26,364 bases of DNA from Salpingoeca rosetta (taxonomy: Eukaryota > Protista > Choanoflagellata): positions 453,775 to 480,138 of the forward strand of contig JAWQFM010000023.1 in assembly GCA_033442325.1 (NCBI GenBank), given 5' to 3'. The notes under the pieces are model-generated. The model did not search any database. It was not told the DNA's origin and saw nothing but the letters and a program-made list of their open reading frames with translations. The position numbers and the translations under genes are program-made. Positions 9,467-21,400 of this stretch are shown piece after piece; the first letter of the stretch is position 1, and each line of letters opens with the position of its first letter.

Positions 9467-12400
9467 ATGGCTGATACAGAACAACAACCCGCAACAGAGC
9501 AGCCGCCTCCAAAGCCCGTGGAGGCGGAGGAGCAGGAGCAGCAAGCCGACGCACAGCCTGCACAGGAGGCGACTACCGCTTCTACCGAAGATGCGCCTGC
9601 AAACGCAGAGACGGCAAACGAGGAGCAGGACGTGAAGGAGAATGAGAATGGTGACGCGGCAACAGAGGAGGCCAAGACAGAGGAGAAGGAGGACGGTGAG
9701 GCGACTGAGGACAAGAAGGAGGATGGCGGCAGTGAAACTACCGAGGAGGCCAAGACCGACGCAGACGCTGAAGCTGAGGCCGAAGCTGCTGAGGAGGCCA
9801 AGACAGACGCAGACGCAGACGCAGACGCCGACGCAGACGCTGAGGCTGAGGCCGAAGCTGCTGAGGAGGCCAAGACAGACGCAGACGCTGCCAACGCCGA
9901 CGCAGACGCAGAGGCAGACGCAGACGCTGCCAACGCCGACGCAGACGCTGAGGCAGACGCCGCCACCACTGAGGAGGCCAAGACAGACGCAGACGCTGAG
10001 CCGGACGCCGAAGCTGCTGAAGCAGAACAGGAGGAGTCCAAGACTGAGGGTGAGAGCACGGATGAGAAGCCAGCAGCCGATGCAGCCGAGGCATCCACAG
10101 AGGCTACCCCACAAGAGGAACAGTCTGCAGAAGCCAAGACAGAGGAGCCTGCTCCGGCTCCTGAGGCTGAACCTGAGCCTGAGCCCGAGACAGAGGCAGA
10201 GGTGATTGCGAGGGAACAGGCAGCCGTCGCTGTCAAGCGGAGGGAAATCCGCTCCCTTCCTCGTCCTCCAGAGGGCGGTCAGTCCATTGTGTGTGTGTGT
10301 GTGTGTGCGTATCTGCTGTATGTGTGTGTGTGTGTTGTAAGTGTTTTGCACCTGTCAACGTGTGGTCCTGCTTTGCCCCCCCCGTCCCTTCGCTGTTCAC
10401 CCTTCCGTTTGAGCATTCATATCCACCCCATCAGCCCACTCCACGTAAAACCCTAGCCCAATATTCACACTCGTAACATTTTCCCTGTCTTCTCCACACC
10501 TCCCCCCCCCTTGCTGCCCTGCTGCTCATTCTGTTCCTCTCCCCACCAACATCAGAGCGAAAGCACAACCCGCGCACGCGCAAGGCTGCCGCGCCCGTGA
10601 GCAAGTTCACGCGACGGGCACACAAGGTGGCTAAGCCGCAGGAGCGCATGAAGAGCAAGGTGGCCAACAAGGACAGCACCATGGAGGCGTCACACAAGAG
10701 CAAGGAGGCGCGCGCCGCCAAGGCCGCCAGCATGGACGCCCGCCACAAGTACATCATCTCCTGCGTCGCCGACCTCGTGCAGGAGGAGGCCGAGACAGTG
10801 GAGACGCAGGTGCTCGACGGCCCCGGGTTTGAGCAGTTTGACCAGTTCTTCGCCGCCAACCCGACGCGCCGCCAGCTCGTCTTCTTCTACCAGAACTTCC
10901 CCAACCGCAAGGGCGAGATGGAGAAGCGCGTGCAGATTGTCAACCCGGCCGTGGACCGGCTCACGGGCACGTGCGTCTACTGCGTGCGCGGCGCCTCCAC
11001 CCGCGCCCTCAGCACCAGCAACGTCGCGCAGGAGGTGACCTTTGGCCGGTTTGGCCTGGACAGGGCATCCGGCACCGTGCTTGGCGGCATGGAGTCGATC
11101 ATCGCCGACTTCCTCGAGCCCGCGCTCATGGCCAACGAGAACTGGGGCAAGATGGAGAAGGACGATGCGCAGCGTGAGGAGTTCTTCGACGCCCTGGAGC
11201 GGTTCCGCGCCACGCTGAGCGAGGCCAACGTTGCCGTGGCCACGCGCGTCGTGCTGCAGGCGTACGAGCCCAAGGAGGGCGAGCCCGCGCTGGAGCTGGA
11301 CAGCATGTCCGCCGCAGACGTCACGCGCATGTCGCAGGACCACAAGGCGACGGCGCAGCTGGAGGAGCTGGTGCAGCACTGGTGCACGCAGCTGGAGCAG
11401 GTGATTGCGGAGAGCGAGCAGATGCGCAAGGAGGCGGACGACGTCGGCCCCCGCGCCGAGCTGGAGCACTGGAAGCAGCAGATGGCCAAGTTCAACGGCG
11501 TGCTGGACCAGATGAAGGAGGCGCGCTGCCAGAACGCCGTCAACGTGCTGCACCTCGCCAAGTCGCGCCTCATCCCGGAGTGGCGCCGCCTCGAGGTGCG
11601 CATCACAGAGTCCGCAAACGAGGCCAAGGACAACGTCAAGTACCTGTCCACCCTCGACAAGTTCTGCGGGCCCCTGTACAAGAACAGCCCGCCGCAGATG
11701 ATGGAGTCGGTGCCCGCGCTCATGAACGCCGTGCGCATGATCCACTCCATCTCCGGCTACTACAACACGAGCGAGCGCATGACCGCGCTGTGCGTGAAGA
11801 TCACCAACCAGATGATCACCGCCTGCAAGCGCTACATCTACGAGAAGGAGCCCCGCATCTGGGACCAGGATCCCAAGGACCTCACCGCTCGCCTCAGCCA
11901 CGTACGGCCAGCCGTGCATGCTCTTTTGATGATTTGCGCATGTGGTAGCTTTGCATGTGTTGTATGTGTATCTGCACCCATACTTGTACGTCTGTGTCTG
12001 TGTCTGTGTGTGTCCGCGTGTCCAGAACTGTGCATGTACACACAGGAGCTCGCTGTTCCTTGCCACCACAGCATCGCGACGCTTCCCTCCAACCACCAAC
12101 CCACCCCAACAACAAACCCCCCGCCCCAACAACAACAACAACACCCCCCCCCCCACTCACACTAACACACACACACACACCACGCTCACGCACTGATAAC
12201 CGCCCCCCCCCCACACACACACAGTGCCGAGAGCTGAACCAGCACTACCAGCGGTGCTTTAAGCGGGAGAAGGAGAAGCTGCTGGCCACCCCAGAACGGC
12301 GGCAGTTTGATTTTTCGGAGATGTCCATCTTTGGCAAGTTTGACACGTTCTGCGCCCGCACGGAGAAGATTGTGCAGATGCTGGACATTATCGAGCGCTG

Positions 12401-15400
12401 GAGCAAGCTGAGCGCAAGCAAGATTGACGGCATCGAGCCCATCAACGTGCTCTTCCGCTCCCTCGTCAACAACTTCAAGAAGAAGCCGTACGACGTGCTC
12501 AACACGCGCCGCCGCGACTTTGACACAGACTTTGAGCAGTTCCAGAGCGACATCCAGGACCTGCTGCAGCGGCTGCAGGACTTTATGGACGACTGCTTTG
12601 CCCAGGCGCCGAGCGTCATGCGCGCCCTGGACCTCCTCACCAAGTTTGAGAAGATCAAGCACGTCGGCCTCGACCTCTCGGAGAAGTACGAGCTGGTGCT
12701 GCGCGCCTTTGGCAAGGAGCTCGAGGAGGTGCGCAAGGTGTACCAGGCGGAGAAGCAGGACCCCTCCATTGGCCGCAACCTGCCGCCGCTCGCCGGACGC
12801 ATCATCTGGGCGCGCCAGCTCTTCGCCCGCATCGAGGGCCCCATGTCCGTGTTCCAAAAGTCGTGCACCGACCTCCTTAAGACCGCCGACGCGCGCAAGG
12901 TGATTAAGCACTACAACAAGCTCGGGCACGTGCTGCTCGAGTACGAGCTGCTGCACCACCGCGCATGGTGGAAGGCGGTGGACGCCTCGCAGTCCGGCCT
13001 CAACGCCTCGCTCCTCGTGCGCCACCCGGAGACGGGCAAGCTCCTGGTCAACATGGACCCGCAGCTGCCGCAGGTCATCCGCGAGACGAAGATCATGCAG
13101 AAGCTCAACCTGGAGATCCCGGAGAGCGCCAAGCTGCTGTGCCTGCAGGAGGAGCGCCTGGCCAACCAGAAGAACCAGCTCGAGCTGATGATTGAGGAGT
13201 ACAACCGCGTGTTTTCCCGCATCCCGGAGCGCGTTGAGCACCTCCTGCGCTCCGCGCGCAAGGCCGTCGACAAGCAGGTGGAGCCCGGCGTGACGAAGCT
13301 GAGCTGGATGTCGCCCAACCTCGACCCGTACCTGCAGACGTGCTACGGCGCCCTGGCAGACTTTGAGAAGCTGCTCAAGGAGGTGGAGGATACGCTGCAG
13401 GTGCGCATCGACTCCGTGCTGGAGAACATCCGCAAGACGATGCTCGTCAAGCTACCGGAGGAGATGGCCTGGCCCTGCACGCAGTTTGTGGAGGAGACGG
13501 AGGCCCTCTGCGCCACGCGCACGGAGGAGCTGCAGCTGTCAAACAAGCTGGTGGAGCGGGCGGTGGACGAGCTCGTGGCCATGCTGCTCAAGAGCATGCT
13601 GCCGGAGGACCGCCAGTCCGAGCACACCCGCTCCGAGGTGGACAGCCTGCTCAGCCACTTCAACCACAGCGTCGTGGACGCCTTTGTGCGCTGCGTGCGC
13701 CGCAACCTAGAGGCCATCAAGAAGCGCCTCTCCCGCGCCCGCAAGGAGTACGACGAGAACACGGCAAAGTCGCCGCCGTGCTTCTCCGCCTCCATTGTGC
13801 TCGACATCCCAAACATCAGCATGACCCCGGCGCTGGACGACATCCAGAAGGCCGTCAACCAGGCCGTGCAGACGGTGATTGGCGTCACCCGCTCCATCAC
13901 CACGTGGAAGTCGCACCCCCTCGCCCGCGCTGCCCGCAACCACCACGGCAACGCGCAGCAGCAGCAGCAGCGGCAGCAGCGGCAGCAACAGCAGCAGGAA
14001 GGGGGAGACGCAGGTCAGGATGGCGCAGCGGAGGACGAGGAAGAGGACGATGAGGTGCGCAGCCGCGAGCGCGCGGCCCTCAGCGCCGTCGCCGAGGGCA
14101 ACATCTACCACATTGTGTCCGAGAACAAGGAGGTGGCGAAGAACGTGTCGTCGCTCTCGTCGGCCATCAACTCCACAAAGCAGGAGGTGACAGACGTGCT
14201 AGAGCGCCTCAGCAAATACAACCGCCTCTGGCAGGACAGCAAGGAGGACAAGACGGAGGAGTTCTTGGCAACGGAGCCCGACCTGTACGACTTTGAGGTT
14301 GCGGTGAAGGGGTACGAGGAGATTGAGAACGAGATCCTGGCGTTGCCGGAGACGTACCGCGTGAGCGCGATTGAGCTGGCCACGGACACGTTCAAGCAGG
14401 CCATGACGGCGGAGACGCGCGCGTGGAAGCAGGCGTACGGCCGTGGCCTTAACACCAAGGCGCTCAAGGACATGAACAGCATCTTTGAGTTCTGCGAGGA
14501 CCTGACCAAGCGGCTCTCGCGCAAGATTGTGGACCTGGAGGACGTGCGCATGGCGATGAACGCGCTCAAGGAGCTGCGCGAGGAGCAGATTCGCCTGGAC
14601 AACATGCTGGGCCCCATTGAGCAGTCGTACGCCATCCTCAGCAAGTACGACGTCGTGGTCCCGCGCACGGAGACGGAGCGCCTGGACACGCTCAACTACG
14701 AGTGGGACAAGCTGCTCGGCCTCTCCAAGCAGGTGCAGAACAACCTGATTGAGATTGCGCCCTCCTTCCGCGAGGGCCTCGAGTCGAGCGTGCAGAAGTT
14801 CACCCTGGAGGTGTCGTCCTTTGTCAACGACTATGACAGCAAAGGCCCCAACGAGGAAGGCATTGTGCCCGCGGAGGCCAGCGACCGGCTGGCCGTGTTC
14901 CAGGTGCGCTTCGATGACCTGTGGCGCCGCTACATCACGTACACGGGCGGCGAGGAGCTGTTTGGCCTGCCGCAGTCCGAGTACCCGGACCTGCCCCGCA
15001 TCAAGAAGGAGCTCGGCCTACTGCAGAAGCTGTACGGCCTCTACAACGACGTGCTCAAGACGATTGACGGCTACTACGACATTCAGTGGACGGCGGTCGA
15101 CATTGAGAAGATCAACTCGGAGCTGCTTGACTTTGGCAACCGCTGCCGCAAGCTGCCCAAGGCGCTCAAGGAGTGGCAGGCTTTCCACGAGCTGCGCAAG
15201 CGCATCGACGACTTCAACGAGACTTGCCCCTTGCTCGAGGCCATGTCCAACCCGGCCATGCTGCCGCGCCACTGGCAGCGCATCGCCGAGGCCACTGGCC
15301 ACACGTTTGACATTGAGTCTGAGAACTTCCTCCTGCGCAACATCATGGAGGCCGACCTGCTCAAGGCCAAGGAGGAGATTGAGGACATTTGCATTGCGGC

Positions 15401-18400
15401 GGTGAAGGAGCAGGACATTGAGGCCAAGCTGAAGAGCGTGGTGGCGGAGTGGTCTGCGCACGAGCTGTCGTTTATGACGTTCAAGAACCGCGGCGAGCTG
15501 CTGATCAACGCCGCCGAGATTGCCGAGCTCATGACGCTCATGGAGGACAGCCTGATGGTGCTGAGCTCCCTCATGAGCAACCGCTACAACGCGCCGTACA
15601 AGGCCGACATCCAGAAGTGGGTGCGCAACCTCTCCGACACCTCTGAGATTGTGGAGAAGTGGCTCATCGTGCAGAACCTGTGGGTGTACCTGGAGGCCGT
15701 ATTTGTGGGCGGCGACATTGCCAAGCAGCTGCCCAAGGAGGCGAAGCGCTTCTCCAACATTGACAAGTCGTGGCAGAAGATTATGACCCGCGCGCACGAG
15801 AACACCAACCTGGTGCAGTGCTGCACCGGCGACGAGACCATGAGCAACCTCCTGCCGCACTTGCACGAGCAGCTGGAGCTGTGCCAGAAGTCGCTGGTGG
15901 GCTACCTGGAGAAGAAGCGCCTGCTGTTCCCGCGCTTCTTCTTCGTGTCGGACACGGTGCTGCTGGAGATTCTCGGCCAGGCCAGCGACTCGCACACCAT
16001 CCAGGGCCATCTCCTCAACATCTTCGACAACATCAAGCAGGTCACCTTCCACGAGAAGGTGTACGACCAGATCCTGGCGTACTCGTCCAAGGAGGGCGAG
16101 ACAGTGCACATGCAGCGGCCCGTGATGGCGACGGGCAACGTCGAAACGTGGCTGGGCCAGTTCCTGGAGGAGCAGCGGCGCTCCCTCAACAGCGTCATCT
16201 GCGACGCCGCCGTGCAGGCGCTGGACCAGAACTTCCAGCTGATTGAGTTTGAGAACAGCTACCCGGCACAGGTTGGCATCCTCGGCATCCAGCTGCTGTG
16301 GACGCGCGATGCGGAGGTGGCGCTCAACAACGCCCGCCAGGACAAGAAGATCATGCAGCAGACCGACGACAAGTTCCTGCGCCTGCTCAGCGAGCTCATC
16401 AACGCAACGCTGCAGGAGCTGACAAAGGTTGACAGGACCAAGTTCGAGACGCTCGTCACCTTGCACGTGCATCAGCGCGATATCTTCCACGACCTCGTCG
16501 TCATGGGCATCAAGACGCCAATTGACTTTGAGTGGACCAAGCAGGCCCGCTTCTACTTCTTGGAGGAGGAGCGCAGAACAGCCGTCCACATCACCGATGT
16601 CATCTTCAACTACTCGCTCGAGTTTATCGGCTGCGTGGACCGCCTGGTCGTCACGCCGCTCACGGATCGCTGCTACATCACCCTTGCCCAGGCCCTCAAC
16701 CTGCACATGGGTGGCGCCCCTGCTGGTCCCGCCGGTACGGGCAAGACAGAGACCACCAAGGACATGAGCCGCTGCATCGGCAGGTGTGTGTGTATGTGTG
16801 TATGTGCAAGTGTGCGTGTGCGTGTGCGTGTGCGTGTGCGTGCGTATGTTTGGTTGGGAGCTTGTGAGGGGGGTGTGTGTGTGTGTGTGTGTGTGTGAAT
16901 GATCATCGTTTTGCTGGTATGGCACGTTGAAGAAGGGCGCTCGCTGATGGCCGTAAATCTCTCCCTCTCACCTCCCAATTCTCACTCGTTCGTTTGTACT
17001 CACACCACCCACAACCACACATGCGAATGTGATTGATGTGACAGGCTTTGCGTCGTTTTCAAGTACGGCCCTGTGGCGTCTTGTTTGGGTTCTTTTTTTG
17101 GGGGCGGGGGCGGGGAGCGGTCCTTTGCTTGATTTGGAGTGAACCACTCATGTGCTGCTGTGTTTTGCTGTTGTGTCATGCGCATGTCCGTGCCATTCAT
17201 CACTTGACCAACTCACCTCTGCTCGTTTTTCGTTACTTTGCGCCATGTATCGTCACATCACTTTGCACACGCGATTCACCCAACCCACCACAGCGTAAGT
17301 CATATGAATGTTGTCTGCATGCCGTGCACCGTCTGTAACGTGTTGTGGGTCAATTTTCATTGCATACTCGACTGGCTGCCGTGTGTCTGTTGTCATACCT
17401 CATCTCTTCTTGACACACCCACATTGACGCTTTGCTCACCATCACACCTTTCAACATGCAACCAACGCTTTGATCTTGCCACTGGCCCCCTTCCTTCTTT
17501 CTTTCATCGCCCGTCCCCATCTCTGCCCTCCTCCTCGATAGTGTAAGTTAGCCACATTGCGCACTTGTGCGTGCGCGTGTGCATGCTTGTGTGCGTGCGC
17601 GTGTGCATGATTGTGTGCACACACACATGCACACTCTGATTGCGGGGCTAGAAGCGCGTTTCTGCTAGTGTGTCAACAACGCCTTGCTTTCGTTGCCCTG
17701 ACGCCGTTTTTCTGCTTTCCTTTGTTTCCACAACACAACTGCACCATTGCCCTCCACCTCTACCACCACTACCACCACGACCAGGCTCTGATCAAATGGA
17801 CTTCCGTGGCCTGGGCCGCATCTACAAAGGCCTGGCGCAGTCTGGCGCGTGGGGCTGCTTTGACGAGTTCAACCGCATCGAGCTGCCCGTGCTCTCTGTT
17901 GCGGCGCAGCAGATTGCCATTGTGCTCACGGCCAAGAAGGAGCGCCGCAAGAACTTCATTTTCATGGACGGCGACGACGTGTCGCTCAACCCGGAGTTTG
18001 GCCTCTTCCTGACCATGAACCCCGGGTACGCCGGGCGCCAGGAGCTGCCGGAGAACCTCAAGATCCAGTTCCGCTCCGTGGCCATGATGGTGCCTGACCG
18101 CCAGATTATCATCCGCGTGAAGCTTGCCAGCTGCGGTTTCCAGAACAACGTCGTCCTGGCGCGCAAGTTCTTCACCCTGTACAAGCTGTGCGAGCAGCAG
18201 CTGTCCAAGCAGGTGCACTACGACTTTGGCCTGCGCAACATCCTGTCTGTCCTGCGCACGCTCGGCCCGGAGAAGCGCAAGAACCCGGACGATGGCGAGA
18301 CGACCATTGTCATGCGCGTGCTGCGAGACATGAACCTGTCCAAGCTCGTGGACGAGGACGAGCCGCTCTTCATGTCGCTCATCACCGACTTGTTCCCCGG

Positions 18401-21400
18401 CATCGAGCTGGAGACGGTAACGTACCCGGACATGCAGGACGCCATTCAGAAGCACGCAGACGAGGCCAACCTCGTCAACCACCCGGCCTGGAACCTCAAG
18501 CTCGTGCAGCTGTTTGAGACGCAGCGCGTGCGCCACGGCTTCATGGTGCTCGGCCCGAGCGGCGCCGGCAAGACCACCAACATCCACACGCTGATGAAGG
18601 CCATGACGGAGTGCGGCACGCCGCACAAGGAGTACCGCATGAACCCCAAGGCCATCACGGCGCCGCAGATGTTCGGGCGCCTGGACGTGGCCACCAACGA
18701 CTGGACCGACGGCATCTTCAACGTGCTCTGGCGCCGCACCCTCAAGGGCAAGAAGGGCGAGAAGACGTGGATTGTGCTGGACGGCCCCGTTGACGCCGTG
18801 TGGATTGAGAACCTCAACAGTGTGCTGGACGACAACAAGATGCTCACGCTGGCCAACGGCGACCGCATCCCCATGTCCCCGGACGCCAAGCTCGTGTTTG
18901 AGCCGCACAACATCGACAACGCGTCGCCGGCCACCGTCTCGCGCAACGGCATGGTCTTCATGTCGTCCTCCGTGCTGGACTGGCGGCCCATCCTCGAGGG
19001 CTGGTTCAAGCGCCGCTCCGCCAGCGAGAGCGACGTGCTCCGCGGCATGTTCGACCTCTGCTTCGACGACACCCTCACGTACGTGCGCACGAGCCTCAAC
19101 CCGCGCATGACGCTGCTGGAGTGCAACTACATCAAGCAGGCCATCGACCTGCTGACGGGCCTCATCCCCAACGGCGAGCAGGAGGGCTCCGACGGCCACG
19201 GCGCAGAGCCGCTCTCCGCCGAGCACCTGCGGCGCCTGTTCATCTTCGCCATCATGTGGTCCCTCGGTGCGGTGCTGGAGCTGGACGACCGCGCGCGCCT
19301 GCAGGAGTTCCTGCACTCCCTGTCCGGGGACCTCCCGCTGCCAAAGACAACGGGCGAGGAGACCATCTTCGAGTACATGGTCAACGAGCAGGGCGAGTGG
19401 GAGCACTGGAGCAAGCGCGTGGAGCCGTACGACTACCCGCGCGACCCGAACGAGCCCACGCCGGCGTTCCGCAGCATCCTCGTGCCCAACATCGACAACG
19501 TGCGCAGCGAGTTCCTGCTGCACACCATTGCCAAGCAGCACAAGTCTGTGCTGTTTATTGGCGAGCCCGGTACGGCGAAGACGGTCATCACCAAGGGCTA
19601 CTGCAAGAAATTCAACCCCGAGGAGCACCTGTGGAAGTCGCTCAACTTCTCGTCCACGACGCACCCCAACGGCTTCCAGCGCACCATTGAGTCGTACGTG
19701 GAGAAGCGCATGGGCACCACCTTTGGGCCGCCCGGTGGCAAGGCCATGGCCGTGTTCATCGACGATATCAACATGCCCATCATCAACGAGTGGGGCGACC
19801 AGATTGCCAACGAGATTGTGCGCCAGGTCATGGCCGAGAGCGGCTTCTACTCGCTGGACAAGCCCGGCGACTTCATCACGCTGGCGGACATGCAGTACCT
19901 CGCCGCCATGCCGCACCCCGGTGGCGGCCGCAACGACATTCCGGAGCGCCTCAAGCGCCGCTTCTCCGTGTTCAACTGCACGCTCCCGGCCAACGTGTCC
20001 ATCGACCTCATCTTCCGCACCATCGGCAACGGCTGGTTCTGCCCCGAGCGCGGCTTCACCCCGGACGTGGTGCAGATGGCGGACCAGCTGGTGTACCTCA
20101 CGCGCAAGATGTGGCAGGACACCAAGGCCAAGATGCTGCCCACGCCGGCCAAGTTCCACTACGTGTTCAACCTGCGCGACGTGAGCCGCATCTGGGAGGG
20201 CATGCTGCTCATCCAGCCGGAGGAGTGCGACTCCGTGCAGGCCCTGCTCAACCTGTGGAAGCACGAGTGCACGCGCGTCCTCGCCGACCGCTTCACGGAG
20301 AAGAAGGACGTGGCGTGGTTCCAGCAGCGCATCCAGCAGGTGATTGCCTCTGAGCTCGGCGACGAGTACGCCAACCTCACCGACGAAGAGCCGTTCTTCG
20401 TCGACTTCCTGCGCGAGGCGCCCGAGCCGACGGGCGAGGAGGGCGAGGAGGAGGCCGACCTGGAGGCGCCCAAGGTCTACGAGAAGGTCCCCGACCTGGA
20501 CACGCTTGAGGCCAAGCTCAAGGAGTACATGCAGCTGTACAACGAGACGGTCCGCGGCGCCAAGATGGACCTCGTCTTCTTCCGCGACTGCATGATCCAC
20601 CTGGTGCGCGTGTCGCGCATCATCCGCATCCCGCAGGGCAACGCCATGCTGGTCGGCGTCGGCGGCTCCGGCAAGCAGTCTGTCACGCGCCTGGCCACCT
20701 CCATTGCCGGGTACAAGGTGTTCCAGATCCAGCTCAGCCGCTCGTACAATGCCAACAACCTGATGGAGGACATCAAGCAGCTGTACCAGATTGCGGGCGT
20801 CAAGGGCCAGGGCCTCACCTTCATCATGACCGACAACGAGATCAAGCAGGAGGGCTTCCTCGAGTACATCAACAACCTGCTGGCCACGGGCGAGATTGGC
20901 GGCCTGTTTGCCCGCGACGAGATTGACGAGATTTGCGGCGAGCTCATCCCCGTGATGAAGAAGGAGTTCCCGCGCCGCCCGCCCACAAACGAGAACCTGT
21001 ATGACTACTTTATCAACCGCGTGCGCAACAACCTGCACGTTGTACTGTGCTTCTCCCCCGTGAGCGAGAAGTTCCGCACGCGTGCCCTCAAGTTCCCCTC
21101 GGTGTTTGCGGGCACGAACATGGACTGGTTCATGGCGTGGCCGCGCGACGCGCTAGTGGCCGTGGCCGACCACTTCCTCAGCGACTTCCACGTCGTGTGC
21201 ACGAACGACGTCAAGGGCGCCATGGTGGAGACGATGGGTGTGGTGCAGGACCGCGTCGGTGCCGCGTGCGACGACTACTTCCAGCGCTTCCGCCGTCAGA
21301 CGTACGTGACCCCGGCGTCGTACCTCTCCTTCCTCAACTCGTACAGGCACCTGTACTCGGACAAGAAGGAGCACTTTGAGAACCTGCGCCAGCGCATGCA

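Noticed and set aside
9660-10150. CRISPR-like array from regularly recurring gaggaggccaagac
   Set aside because: The intervening sequences are related low-complexity coding repeats in a eukaryotic exon; no cas genes are present.
17666-17675. Second AG|T|GT site (ctag|T|gtgtca, T at 17669) as alternative source of the T nucleotide
   Set aside because: Weak donor, short pyrimidine tract and uneven resulting introns (374 and 115 nt) compared with 17542, which has a long tract and GTAAGT. Not formally excluded, since the mRNA would be identical.
17063-17784. A single 2-nt exon (AG|CT|GT or AG|TT|GT), or a dynein pseudogene/frameshift
   Set aside because: I found no agctgt or agttgt in this interval, and the rest of the 14.6-kb CDS is intact with all motifs, so two 1-nt exons are the simpler explanation.
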